A stretch of 64,000 bases of DNA from an uncultured Granulicatella sp. Lineage in GTDB: Bacteria; Bacillota; Bacilli; Lactobacillales; Aerococcaceae. The stretch is taken from the NCBI RefSeq assembly GCF_963528315.1, contig NZ_CAURVV010000001.1, positions 13,464 to 77,463 of the forward strand. The letters run 5' to 3'. The notes beneath the pieces were generated by a model that did not search any database, was not told where the DNA came from, and saw only the letters and a program-made list of their open reading frames with translations. Of this stretch, positions 38,599-47,741 are shown piece after piece. The stretch's first letter is position 1. Each line of letters starts with the position of its first letter. The position numbers were made by a program, and so were the translations under genes.

Positions 38599-38734
38599 CT
38601 TGGAACGAAAATTATGAGAGAGAATATAAAAACTCATTTTTACTTGTGTTGTGTGTAATTTTTTTCAGTTTAGTTATTAGTATCAACCTTTTAAATTATG
38701 ATACACTTACGTAGATTAATGGAGGGAGATATTT

Positions 38735-39637
38735 ATGGTTGAAAAGAATTTTGGGCACTCATGTGCATGGATTAATATTAACTCAGAGGAGATTAATGAT
38801 TATTCTACAATTTATCAAACGTATCAAATTGATAAAGAAATGGTGGAGTATGCTCTTGATGAAAATGAAAGAGCACATATTGAATATTGTCGTCCAAAAG
38901 AAACATTAGTAGTGATTTATAATGTCATTAAACAAACGAAGAGAGAGAATCGATATGAGACCGTTCCAATGACTTTTATTGTTCGAAAGGATCAAATTAT
39001 TACGATTTCGAACCGACATAATGAGTATATTGTAGAGGCGATGAGAAAAGAATTGGAAGATAGACCGAATATGTCTCTGTTTACATTTTTATTTTCAAGT
39101 TTAATGATGATTACTGAAAATTATTTTCCAAAGATTGAAAGTTTAAAGAAAGAGCAAGAGTTAGTGAGTCTAAAATTGCGACATAAAACTACGAAGAAAA
39201 ATTTATTTGCTTTGTCTGACTTAGAGATTGGGAGTGTTTATTTAGTTTCAGCAACAAAGCAAAATGCGATTGTATTGGAACAATTGAAGAATCAGAGTTT
39301 ATTTAAGAAATTAGAATTTGCAGAAGAAGAAAAATTAGAGAATAGTTTAATTGAAGCGAAACAGCTAGTAGAGATGACTTCGATTAATCTTCAGATTTTG
39401 CAGCAATTATCGGGTACTTATAATAATGTGTTGAATAATAATTTGAATGATACAATGAAATTGTTAACAATTATTTCAATTTTATTAACGATTCCGAATA
39501 TTGTAACGGGATTTTTTGGAATGAATATTACGGTTCCTTTAACGGGTCTTGCGCATGGTTGGGGAATTGTATTAGGGATTATTGTGACAGTTATTGTCAT
39601 TGCAAGTGTCGTCTTGTCACGTTTTATTAAAAAGTAA
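38735..39637 (+). CDS. corA: CorA-family divalent cation transporter, paralog 2
   Basis: 300 aa with the GMN signature (FFGMNITVPL). Closely related to paralog 1 by eye. Confidence 0.8.
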   Translation: MVEKNFGHSCAWININSEEINDYSTIYQTYQIDKEMVEYALDENERAHIEYCRPKETLVVIYNVIKQTKRENRYETVPMTFIVRKDQIITISNRHNEYIVEAMRKELEDRPNMSLFTFLFSSLMMITENYFPKIESLKKEQELVSLKLRHKTTKKNLFALSDLEIGSVYLVSATKQNAIVLEQLKNQSLFKKLEFAEEEKLENSLIEAKQLVEMTSINLQILQQLSGTYNNVLNNNLNDTMKLLTIISILLTIPNIVTGFFGMNITVPLTGLAHGWGIVLGIIVTVIVIASVVLSRFIKK

Positions 39638-39645
39638 AAGGAGTA

Positions 39646-39791
39646 GAATTGAGTTTTTATAGTAGTACGAGTAGTAGAATCTGTTGTGACAGATTCTACT
39701 ACAAGAAAATTTGAGACTACAGGCTCAAATTTTAGCCAAGAGACCCGTAAGGGGCTACTGGCGTCTTAGTACTACTATATCAAAGAAACTC
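39646..39791 (-). repeat. Structured intergenic repeat, long form, copy 12
   Basis: Reverse orientation. The core is identical to copy 3 over gagacccgtaaggggctactggcgtc. Confidence 0.9.
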
Positions 39792-39821
39792 TTTTCTTAT
39801 ATATAACGAAAAATATTAGAA

Positions 39822-39872
39822 AACAAATAAAAATAGGCGTATAATTAGGTGTTTGAACTTGATTGTACGCCT
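39822..39872 (-). terminator. Intrinsic terminator of rnhC
   Basis: aggcgta...tacgcct hairpin with a U-run on the minus strand. Confidence 0.55.
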
Positions 39873-39887
39873 TTGTTCGTTATGAGA

Positions 39888-40802
39888 TTATTTTGCTAAA
39901 TCAATAGCTTTTTGAGTGTTGGCAAAGTGTAATTTGGCAACTTTTCTTAAACCTTCCATACCTTCTTGTTTTAAAATTTTACTCGCTAATTCATCTACTG
40001 CAGCGTTAGCACCAGAGAGTAGAGGATATCCATATTCTTTCGATAATGTTTTTAATCCTTCTAAAAATGCATCTCTAGCAATCATAGAAGCTGCAGCTAC
40101 TGCGATATGGTGGCTTTCACCTTTTGTTTTAAAATAAGTAATTGGTTTAAGTGGTGCAGATTGATCTCCTAAATAACGATAATAGTTTGATGGAGAACAA
40201 AATTCATCAATTAATACAGCTTGAAGCAAATCAGCATTGATTTGTTGGTATAATCGTTTGATGGCTTGATTATGAAGTAGTGCTTTCATTTCATTTAGAT
40301 TTTTTGTTTGCTGTACTTCATTATATTTTTCAGGCCAAAGTGTAAGTAATTTGTATGGAACTAATTCTTTAATTTTTGGAACGATTTCTTGAATTTGAGC
40401 GTCTGTTAAATTTTTTGAGTCTTTAACACCTAGTATTTGCAATTCTTTAATAAGATTTTCAGGTACAAAAGCACAAGCCACGGTTAATGGCCCAAAGTAA
40501 CTTCCTGTTCCAACTTCATCACTACCAATGACACCCCAGTTTGAAAAGCCTTCTGGAAGTCCATTTGTTTCAACTTTTGCTTTCTTTGTACTTGTTGAAG
40601 CTGTTAAATCATGTTTTTGAACAAATGCATCCACATTAGTTCCTTGTAAAACAACTTTTCCAGAATGGTAAGCTGTAACCGTTAAAGAAGGAAGTTTTAA
40701 TTGATAATGTGCATGAGGGGGGATTTGATAGATAGCATCTTGATAAATTTCACCCAATTGTTGGATTGTTTGTTCATCTAATAATAAAACGGTTGTTGCC
40801 AT
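39888..40802 (-). CDS. rnhC: Ribonuclease HIII
   Basis: 304 aa with an N-terminal DUF3378-like domain plus an RNase HII-fold (GSDEVGTGSYFGPL). Confidence 0.85.
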   Translation of the reverse strand: MATTVLLLDEQTIQQLGEIYQDAIYQIPPHAHYQLKLPSLTVTAYHSGKVVLQGTNVDAFVQKHDLTASTSTKKAKVETNGLPEGFSNWGVIGSDEVGTGSYFGPLTVACAFVPENLIKELQILGVKDSKNLTDAQIQEIVPKIKELVPYKLLTLWPEKYNEVQQTKNLNEMKALLHNQAIKRLYQQINADLLQAVLIDEFCSPSNYYRYLGDQSAPLKPITYFKTKGESHHIAVAAASMIARDAFLEGLKTLSKEYGYPLLSGANAAVDELASKILKQEGMEGLRKVAKLHFANTQKAIDLAK

Positions 40803-40819
40803 AAATAACCTCCAATGAA

Positions 40820-40847
40820 TAAAAAGAGACTGAAATTCAGTCTCTTA
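40820..40847 (-). terminator. Intrinsic terminator
   Basis: aagagactgaa/ttcagtctctt hairpin followed by TTTTT on the minus strand. Confidence 0.6.
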
Positions 40848-40851
40848 TAGT

Positions 40852-41538
40852 TTAATGTACCATTTTAACCACGCAGCAAGGTTGATGCTTTTGTGTTTTT
40901 TTAGGGCATTTATCTATTGCATGATATAGATTTTCACAGACATGTTCAATCATATCTGCAGAAATGTTTTCATGTAAGATAACTCCAAATTGTTGATTTA
41001 AATTATCAAAAATAACAAGAGAAGGGTTTGATTCGACCATCATTTCTTGTGCAATTTGTTGATCTCTTTCATATTCTTGATGAACGAGTTTACTAGATTT
41101 ATCTTCGTAAAACATTTTTTCATCAAGTCCAATGGTTTGAATAATTTCCTGTAATAATTCAGGAGTGTATTCTTTATGAAGAAGATGTAGTTGTGTTTGT
41201 AATTCCATTAAAAAGGCTCTACCTAATTTTTTCCCTTGTAAAAGGGCAGCCTTATAAGATAGGGAAGCATCATAGATTTTTGTATAGATTTCGTTTCGTA
41301 AGTCAATATTCTTGTCATTTAATTGATTATTTTTCATATATTGCGTTACTGATCTAAAATTATGAAAAGGTATGAAATGAACGTGTACTTTATATGGAGT
41401 TCGTTCAATAAACTTCATCACTTCTTGTTCACAATGATAACATTGTCTTCCAATAGGATTAATAAATAAGTAACAGTCAAAAATTCTCTCAGTAGATAAT
41501 GGACTAGTATGAATACGACTCAGTTCACTATTCTTCAC
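40852..41538 (-). CDS. spxH: ClpXP adaptor SpxH/YjbH (DsbA-like fold)
   Basis: CYLFINPIGRQCYHCE CxxC-containing N-terminus, with a genomic context like the Bacillus yjbH-yjbO region. Confidence 0.7.
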   Translation of the reverse strand: MKNSELSRIHTSPLSTERIFDCYLFINPIGRQCYHCEQEVMKFIERTPYKVHVHFIPFHNFRSVTQYMKNNQLNDKNIDLRNEIYTKIYDASLSYKAALLQGKKLGRAFLMELQTQLHLLHKEYTPELLQEIIQTIGLDEKMFYEDKSSKLVHQEYERDQQIAQEMMVESNPSLVIFDNLNQQFGVILHENISADMIEHVCENLYHAIDKCPKKTQKHQPCCVVKMVH

Positions 41539-41618
41539 TTCTAACTAGATCTCCTTTCGTTGATTTGTATCTTTATTGTATCAGAAAACTGAAAAAAATC
41601 TGAATAAAAAGCCTTGAA

Positions 41619-42209
41619 TTAGCCAATATTTTTAAAAGCTTGTAAAGCTCGTCTAATTTTACTAATTGGTTTTTGTGGAGTAATACCATGACGATTTAAA
41701 ATTTCTAAGAAAATTTCTTTTCCTTCTTCTAAATCTTCAACTTCCATTTCAATTTCATAATCTGTTTGACCAGCATAGTGACTTTCATCTAATACTAGTA
41801 AATAACCAGGTTTTAATATACCTTCTAATCGATGGGTTGTTAAAGTAGCAGTGGGAGAGATATTGGATAATTCAATTCCTTGTTCTTCAAGTGCTAGCTT
41901 AATACTAGTAGGAAGTAAGAAAATATCTTCTTCCACCCACCATTGTAATTGTTCTGTAGGTAATTCTTCTGTAATCTCAATAACTTCGCAGTCTGATTGA
42001 GGAAGTTTTAATGTGATTTCTCCTGTTTTTTGTCCTTCAATAAGACGAATACGTAGAGCAGAACGATTATTTTCTAATTGTTGGTGACAATCATAATATT
42101 GATTCGTTTGCGTAATATCTTTCGTGAAAATAGATTGAAATTCTTCTTTTAAAGCTTCATATTGCTCTTTTGTTAGAAGATTTTTATATTCTTTTTCTAA
42201 ATGGGCCAT
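41619..42209 (-). CDS. CYTH domain protein (YjbK-like)
   Basis: N-terminal EKEYKNLLT (ExExK motif), 196 aa, divergent from relQ as in Bacillus. Confidence 0.7.
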   Translation of the reverse strand: MAHLEKEYKNLLTKEQYEALKEEFQSIFTKDITQTNQYYDCHQQLENNRSALRIRLIEGQKTGEITLKLPQSDCEVIEITEELPTEQLQWWVEEDIFLLPTSIKLALEEQGIELSNISPTATLTTHRLEGILKPGYLLVLDESHYAGQTDYEIEMEVEDLEEGKEIFLEILNRHGITPQKPISKIRRALQAFKNIG

Positions 42210-42368
42210 GTTTTTACCTCTTTCTATTACAAAGCTTTTTCTACTTTAGCTTAAAATAATGTGAATTACAAATAATAACCATTGAAGAGTTTAAGAATAT
42301 CAAAATTCTTTTAGAGTCAGTAAAAAATATGCTATGATAGGAGGGATGAGATTAAAGTAGGTGAGTAA

Positions 42369-43031
42369 ATGGAAGAAAAATATTTACCAAATGTTGAAGA
42401 TTGGGATGCTTTTTTAGCACCTTATAATCAAGCAATTGAAGAATTAAAAATTAAATTAAAAGGCATTCGCCTTCAATATCGCCAAAAAGGAAAACATGCA
42501 CCGATTGAATTTATTACAGGTCGTGTGAAGACTCCGGAAAGTATTCGTGAAAAAATGCAAGTGAGAAAAATTTTGACCGAAGACTTTTTAGAAGGAGTTC
42601 AAGATATTGCTGGATTACGAATTATGTGTCAATTCGTAGAAGATATTTTTGAAGTTGTACGATTACTTCGTCAACGAAATGACTTTACAATTATTATTGA
42701 ACGTGATTATATCCATCAAAAGAAAGCAAGTGGTTATCGTTCATACCATGTCGTTTTAGAATATCCTGTTCAAAGAATTGAAGGGGAAGAAAAAATTTTA
42801 GTTGAAATTCAAATTCGTACATTAGCGATGAATTTCTGGGCAACGATTGAACATTCTTTAAACTATAAGTATAAAGGAGAATTTCCAGAAATTATCCATG
42901 AACGTTTAGAAAGAGCAGCAGAAGCGGCCTTCTTATTAGATGAAGAAATGTCGCAAATTCGAGAAGAAATTCAAGAAGCACAATATATTTTCTCAACAAA
43001 TAAAGAAAATCAACGTAAAAGAAAATCATAA
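42369..43031 (+). CDS. relQ: Small alarmone synthetase (GTP pyrophosphokinase, RelQ/YjbM type)
   Basis: 220 aa. RVKTPESIREKM, DIAGLRI, GYRSYH and EIQIRTLAMNFWA motifs. Confidence 0.9.
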   Translation: MEEKYLPNVEDWDAFLAPYNQAIEELKIKLKGIRLQYRQKGKHAPIEFITGRVKTPESIREKMQVRKILTEDFLEGVQDIAGLRIMCQFVEDIFEVVRLLRQRNDFTIIIERDYIHQKKASGYRSYHVVLEYPVQRIEGEEKILVEIQIRTLAMNFWATIEHSLNYKYKGEFPEIIHERLERAAEAAFLLDEEMSQIREEIQEAQYIFSTNKENQRKRKS

Positions 43032-43071
43032 GTGTTCTTGTTGAAAAATAAGGAGAGGGTGAAGTGAATAG

Positions 43072-43887
43072 ATGAAAGTAGGGTTATATTATAATCAATC
43101 AGAAAAAAGCCAAAAAGTAGCAGAAGAATTTTTGAATTTATGTTGCCATAAGGAATTTGAACGAGATGATGAAAATCCGGATGTTGTTATTACAATTGGT
43201 GGAGATGGAACTTTACTAGGTGCTGTCCACCATTACAAATCACAACTAGAACATATTCGCTTTGCAGCTATTCATACAGGTCATCTAGGTTTTTATACCG
43301 ATTGGCGTGATTTTCAAGCAGGTGAATTAATTGAAAGTTTGAAGCATGATCAAGGAGAAAGTGTGAGTTATCCTCTATTAGATGTAACTTTAGAAAAAGC
43401 TGATGGTACTATTGATTATCATATTGCTTTGAATGAAGCGACTTTACGTAAAGTAAATGGGACACTTGTATGCGAAGTGTTGATTAATGGAGAATTATTT
43501 GAGAATTTTAGAGGAGATGGCGTTTGTGTTTCAACTCCAACCGGTTCAACTGGAGTGAATAAGTCATTAGGAGGAGCTATTGTTCATCCGAGAGCAGAAG
43601 TGATGCAAATGACAGAAATGGCTTCTATTAATAATCGTGTTTACCGTACATTAAGTTCTCCAATGATTTTTGCACCAGAAGAAGTGTTAACTTTATTACC
43701 GCATAGTGAAAATGGAATGGTACTATCGATGGATCATTTAACATATGATGCGAATGATATTGTTAAAGCACATTTGCATATTAGTAAAAAACGTGTTTCA
43801 TTTGTACGATATCGTCATACACATTTTTGGGATAGAGTAGAAAACTCCTTTATTGGAGCAAGAGAAATAGATTTAGAAGAAAGATAA
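43072..43887 (+). CDS. nadK: NAD kinase
   Basis: GGDGTLL motif and TPTGSTGVNKSLGG. Confidence 0.9.
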   Translation: MKVGLYYNQSEKSQKVAEEFLNLCCHKEFERDDENPDVVITIGGDGTLLGAVHHYKSQLEHIRFAAIHTGHLGFYTDWRDFQAGELIESLKHDQGESVSYPLLDVTLEKADGTIDYHIALNEATLRKVNGTLVCEVLINGELFENFRGDGVCVSTPTGSTGVNKSLGGAIVHPRAEVMQMTEMASINNRVYRTLSSPMIFAPEEVLTLLPHSENGMVLSMDHLTYDANDIVKAHLHISKKRVSFVRYRHTHFWDRVENSFIGAREIDLEER

Positions 43888-43899
43888 TGAGGGAAATCA

Positions 43900-44790
43900 T
43901 TGAATTTAACATGGACTTATCCGTATTCATCACCCATGATGATGCGTAGTTTTTTACAAGAAAAGGGAATTACAAAAACATTTTTAGCCCATGTCAAACG
44001 AAATGGGAAATTACTTGTAAATGGTCGAGAAGAAATTGTTCTAAAGACTTTAGTGCCTGGAGATGTATTGACGATGGTGATTCCTCCAGAAGGAGAGCAT
44101 GAAACCGTTGTTCCGAGTCATATTCCTTTGGATATTTTATTCGAGGATGACTATTTGTTAATTGTGAACAAGCCACAAGGAACAGCTTCGATACCATCAC
44201 AATTACATCCAGACCAATCAATGGCGAATCGTGTAAAAGGTTATTTACAAACGAAGAGAACCCAAGATTGTGTGACTCATGTTGTAACGAGATTAGACCG
44301 TGATACAACGGGAGTGATGATGTTTGCCAAGCATCGTGTGGTTCATGCATGGATGGATCAGGCGCTTCGAAATAAAACGATTCAAAAAACGTATCATGCG
44401 ATTGTGACGAAACAGGATGTTTTAAAAGAACATGATTTGATTGATGCACCGATTGGACGAACGGATGATTCGATTATTAATCGTTGTGTGAGACCGGATG
44501 GGAAGCCGTCTTTAACGGAGTATTGGTTAGAAGAAACGTATCAGCATAGTCAATTGGTGAAGATTCGTCTGCATACGGGGCGTACGCATCAGATTCGTGT
44601 GCATTTTAGTTGGTTAGGTTGTCCGTTGTTAGGGGACGATTTATATGGTGGCGAGAAGATTGAGCCTCTGGTAAGGCAGGCGCTTCATTGTAGTCAGCTG
44701 TATTTTGTTCATCCGATGACGGGGGAGCATATGTGTGTGAAGGCTCCGTTGCCGAAGGACATGGCGGAGTGGATAGAGAAAGATAGATAA
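43900..44790 (+). CDS. RluA-family 23S rRNA pseudouridine synthase (YjbO/RluD-like)
   Basis: TTG start. HVVTRLDRDTTGVMMFAK and HTGRTHQIRVH motifs. Confidence 0.85.
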   Translation: MNLTWTYPYSSPMMMRSFLQEKGITKTFLAHVKRNGKLLVNGREEIVLKTLVPGDVLTMVIPPEGEHETVVPSHIPLDILFEDDYLLIVNKPQGTASIPSQLHPDQSMANRVKGYLQTKRTQDCVTHVVTRLDRDTTGVMMFAKHRVVHAWMDQALRNKTIQKTYHAIVTKQDVLKEHDLIDAPIGRTDDSIINRCVRPDGKPSLTEYWLEETYQHSQLVKIRLHTGRTHQIRVHFSWLGCPLLGDDLYGGEKIEPLVRQALHCSQLYFVHPMTGEHMCVKAPLPKDMAEWIEKDR

Positions 44791-44808
44791 ATATTTTAGA
44801 TATAAATA

Positions 44809-44935
44809 GGAACTTTCCTATAGTACTAGGACGCCAGTAGACCTTCGGTCTCTTGGCTAAAATTTGAGCCTAAGGTCTCAAATTTTCCTGTAATAAAAGC
44901 CGCTTTGCTTTTATTACTCGTACTATGGGAAAGTT
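44809..44935 (+). repeat. Structured intergenic repeat, long form, copy 13
   Basis: aactttcctatagtac-TAGGACGCCAGTAG-gacc ttc ggtc-TCTCTTGGC-hairpin 2-hairpin 3-gtactatgggaaagtt. Confidence 0.9.
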
Positions 44936-44981
44936 ATTTTTATCTTCAGGGGGAAGGGAGGAAGAATACGTACAAAAATGG

Positions 44982-45046
44982 GGTTTTCTATGGTACTAGG
45001 ATGCTAGAAGCCAGCTATGCTGTCTTATCGTACTATGGGAAAGTTT
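44982..45046 (+). repeat. Structured intergenic repeat, short and degenerate form, copy 14
   Basis: GGATGCTAGAAG core. The right arm cgtactatgggaaagtt is identical to that of copy 13. Confidence 0.65.
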
Positions 45047-45118
45047 GATTGTTCGACAAATTCTTTATTTCCGTATCAAAAAAGACGACCGAAGTCGTCT
45101 TGAAATATCCTTATTCTG

Positions 45119-46063
45119 TTATTCGTCAGCAGACATACATTCATCTAATTCTATTACGGAAATGCTCAATTGTTTTGCGCCTTCTTCTTTAGAAAGAAGA
45201 CCATCTTTAATCAAACTGATAATCATCATTTTCTTTCCTTGTTCGATACCTTCTACTTTACCTTCTGCTCTGCCTTCTGTTACCCCTTCCATCCTTGCAT
45301 CTTTCTTTTCTTTTTCTATAGTAGCTAAAAAACTTGAATATGCCTGAAGATATCGTGTTCTTTCATCGTACATTTCTCGTTCCTCCTTTGCCCAGTCTAC
45401 ACGACTCACAATTCGATCCGCTTGTTCTAATATTTTTTCAGGACTTTGTGTATATGGTTGATTCCCAAAAAACTCAATCCATCGTACTTTATTGTATTCT
45501 TGTATCTTATCTTTATTATACTTCTCTAATTCTAAAAATGCCATTAAAGCTAAGTCTTGTTCTTCTTCAAATCCTTTAAAATAGACTTTCAATTCATCAT
45601 TTGTATTTTTTTCTTTGAAGCAGAATACGTGAACCATTTTATCGTCCTTAAAATACCTTTTTTGAGTGATGGCAATGGTGTACACTGGTAACAATTCTTC
45701 TGCGATTTTATGGGTTTCTACTCCAACTTTTTTATGTTTATCTGCATTTTTAGTCACTTGATTACATAGATATAACCATAAACGCTTAATAAAGTCAAAT
45801 TGATAAGCTACTTGGATTTCAATTATCACTTGTGTACCATCATTTAATTCGGCTAATACATCAATACTGGTGACATAAGTTTTTATATCTTCAAATTGAT
45901 GACTGTGTATTTGAGTTCCATCAAGTATTTTTACATGATGGACAGGTAAGTCTAGAATGTCCCTTATAAACTGTGCTGTTATTTCAGGATTACTGAAAAC
46001 TTTCTTTGCCATTAAATCCATCATTGGCCTTGCATCTTTGATACGTTCTACCATTTTTATCAT
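45119..46063 (-). CDS. Rpn family recombination-promoting nuclease / putative transposase, copy 2
   Basis: A paralog of 18559..19446 (ARPMMDLMAKKVFSNPEITAQFIRDILDLP...IIIEIQ). Its C-terminus has extra EG-repeats. Confidence 0.7.
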   Translation of the reverse strand: MIKMVERIKDARPMMDLMAKKVFSNPEITAQFIRDILDLPVHHVKILDGTQIHSHQFEDIKTYVTSIDVLAELNDGTQVIIEIQVAYQFDFIKRLWLYLCNQVTKNADKHKKVGVETHKIAEELLPVYTIAITQKRYFKDDKMVHVFCFKEKNTNDELKVYFKGFEEEQDLALMAFLELEKYNKDKIQEYNKVRWIEFFGNQPYTQSPEKILEQADRIVSRVDWAKEEREMYDERTRYLQAYSSFLATIEKEKKDARMEGVTEGRAEGKVEGIEQGKKMMIISLIKDGLLSKEEGAKQLSISVIELDECMSADE

Positions 46064-46194
46064 CCCTTAATTTTATTTTGAAGTAGAATAGTAATGAAGT
46101 ATTCTATCTTCATCTTCTAGATACGAAAAAAAGAGCGAAAAATATTTTTTTTTATGGTAACTTTTTTAAATTTGTTGAATAAGAGTCCTTACAT

Positions 46195-46230
46195 TAATAA
46201 ACCCGAGAACGCTAGATTGCTTTCTCGGGT
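46195..46230 (-). terminator. Possible terminator of the amidase gene
   Basis: acccgagaa/ttctcgggt hairpin. The minus-strand tail is only moderately U-rich. Confidence 0.4.
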
Positions 46231-46236
46231 TTTGTC

Positions 46237-47592
46237 TTAGTTGTTATAATATTGTTGGATTCCTTGAACGATACCGTCTACTAATTTTTGTTGATATTCT
46301 TTTGTACGGATTTTTTGGGATTCTTTTGAATCGTCCATGTATCCTAATTCTAATAAAACAGCAGGTTTGTTCGTTTCACGTAATACAGCAAAACTCTTCG
46401 CTAATAATCCAGCATCTTTTGCTTGAGTCGTTGCTAAAACAGATTGGTGAATATATGAACCAAGTTTATAACTATATTTCAAGCGAGTTGGATTATCATG
46501 CCATTTTTTATTAATGACAGAAGGAATATTTCCAGTTGGTAAGTACGTATAGGTTTGAATACCATCTTCACCACTGTCTAGTCCGTGACCTGTTGCATTA
46601 AAGTGAATGCTAATAAACATATCCGCATTTGTTTCATTCGACATTCTAGAGCGTTCAGTAATGAAATCAAGATAAACATCGCTTGAACGACTCATAATAA
46701 CTTTGTAACCAAGTGATTCTAGTTTTGTTTTTAATTGTTGAGAAACTTGAAGATTTAAGTCTTTTTCCTTTAATCCTAAATATTGAGCACCAGGATCTTT
46801 ACCTCCGTGACCAGGGTCTAAGAAGATGACTTTTTGATAGTTGTTAGTAGCAAATGGTAATTCATCCGAAGATTTTTCTTCTTTAATTTCTTTAATCCAT
46901 GCACCGTTTCCTTTAAAGCTATGAAGAGCACCATTAATTAAATGAGAACCTGTTACATATACACCATTTTCATCTAGATAGAACCATGCTTGATAATTAG
47001 AATCATAAATCCATTCTTTTTTCGCCATGTATCCACCTGATTTTAAGTAATAATCATCTTTCCAAGTGTTTTGAGCATAGCGTCCACTAGAAGTTAGATA
47101 AAACCATGATTGATAGGTTGGATCAAAGACCCATTCATTTTCAGCCATTGCACCTGAAGATTTTAAATAGTATTCATCTTTCCATTGATTGGCTAACATA
47201 ATTCCTTGAGGGTTAAAGACATACCATCTTTGATTGATAGACATCCATTCGTTTAGAGCTAAAATTCCAGAGGACTTTGCATAATACCAATGATTGTTTT
47301 GATAAATCCATTCATTATTAGCCATCTTTCCATCTTTATGGAAGTAGTAGGAATTCCAAACTGTATTTTTTAACATAACACCTTGTTCATTATAGTAATA
47401 CCAATGATTGCCAACTTGTTTCCATTGATTTTTGATCACTTCCTCTTTTGGAGGTGTAGGTACTTCAGTATTCTTTTTATTTTCTTTTTGCTCTTGTTGT
47501 GGAGCATTAGTAGTTTCTTGTGCAAAAATTGGAGTTGAAGCACAGAGGCAAGTCCCAATTAGTAAAGTTGATAAGAAAATTTTCTTTTTCAT
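46237..47592 (-). CDS. N-acetylmuramoyl-L-alanine amidase (Amidase_3) with N-terminal choline-binding-type cell-wall repeats
   Basis: Signal peptide, then about 8 repeats of the (W/Y)xxxxxxWYY/FxxxGxMxxNxW type. The C-terminal part has VIFLDPGHGGKDPGA and SIHFNA amidase_3 motifs. Confidence 0.8.
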   Translation of the reverse strand: MKKKIFLSTLLIGTCLCASTPIFAQETTNAPQQEQKENKKNTEVPTPPKEEVIKNQWKQVGNHWYYYNEQGVMLKNTVWNSYYFHKDGKMANNEWIYQNNHWYYAKSSGILALNEWMSINQRWYVFNPQGIMLANQWKDEYYLKSSGAMAENEWVFDPTYQSWFYLTSSGRYAQNTWKDDYYLKSGGYMAKKEWIYDSNYQAWFYLDENGVYVTGSHLINGALHSFKGNGAWIKEIKEEKSSDELPFATNNYQKVIFLDPGHGGKDPGAQYLGLKEKDLNLQVSQQLKTKLESLGYKVIMSRSSDVYLDFITERSRMSNETNADMFISIHFNATGHGLDSGEDGIQTYTYLPTGNIPSVINKKWHDNPTRLKYSYKLGSYIHQSVLATTQAKDAGLLAKSFAVLRETNKPAVLLELGYMDDSKESQKIRTKEYQQKLVDGIVQGIQQYYNN

Positions 47593-47741
47593 AATGCATC
47601 TCCTAATCTTTTATTTGATATCAGTGTAGCAAAATCACTAAATAAAATCTATGAAAATATAAAGGTTCATATTGTCATTATCACATAATAAAAGGTATAA
47701 TCATTTTATGTAAAAAAATAATGATTAATAGAGGTGATTCG

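Noticed and set aside
47593-47741. M-box (Mg2+) riboswitch upstream of mgtE.
   Set aside because: Only about 150 nt of AT-rich spacer is available, with none of the conserved M-box helices or sequence blocks.
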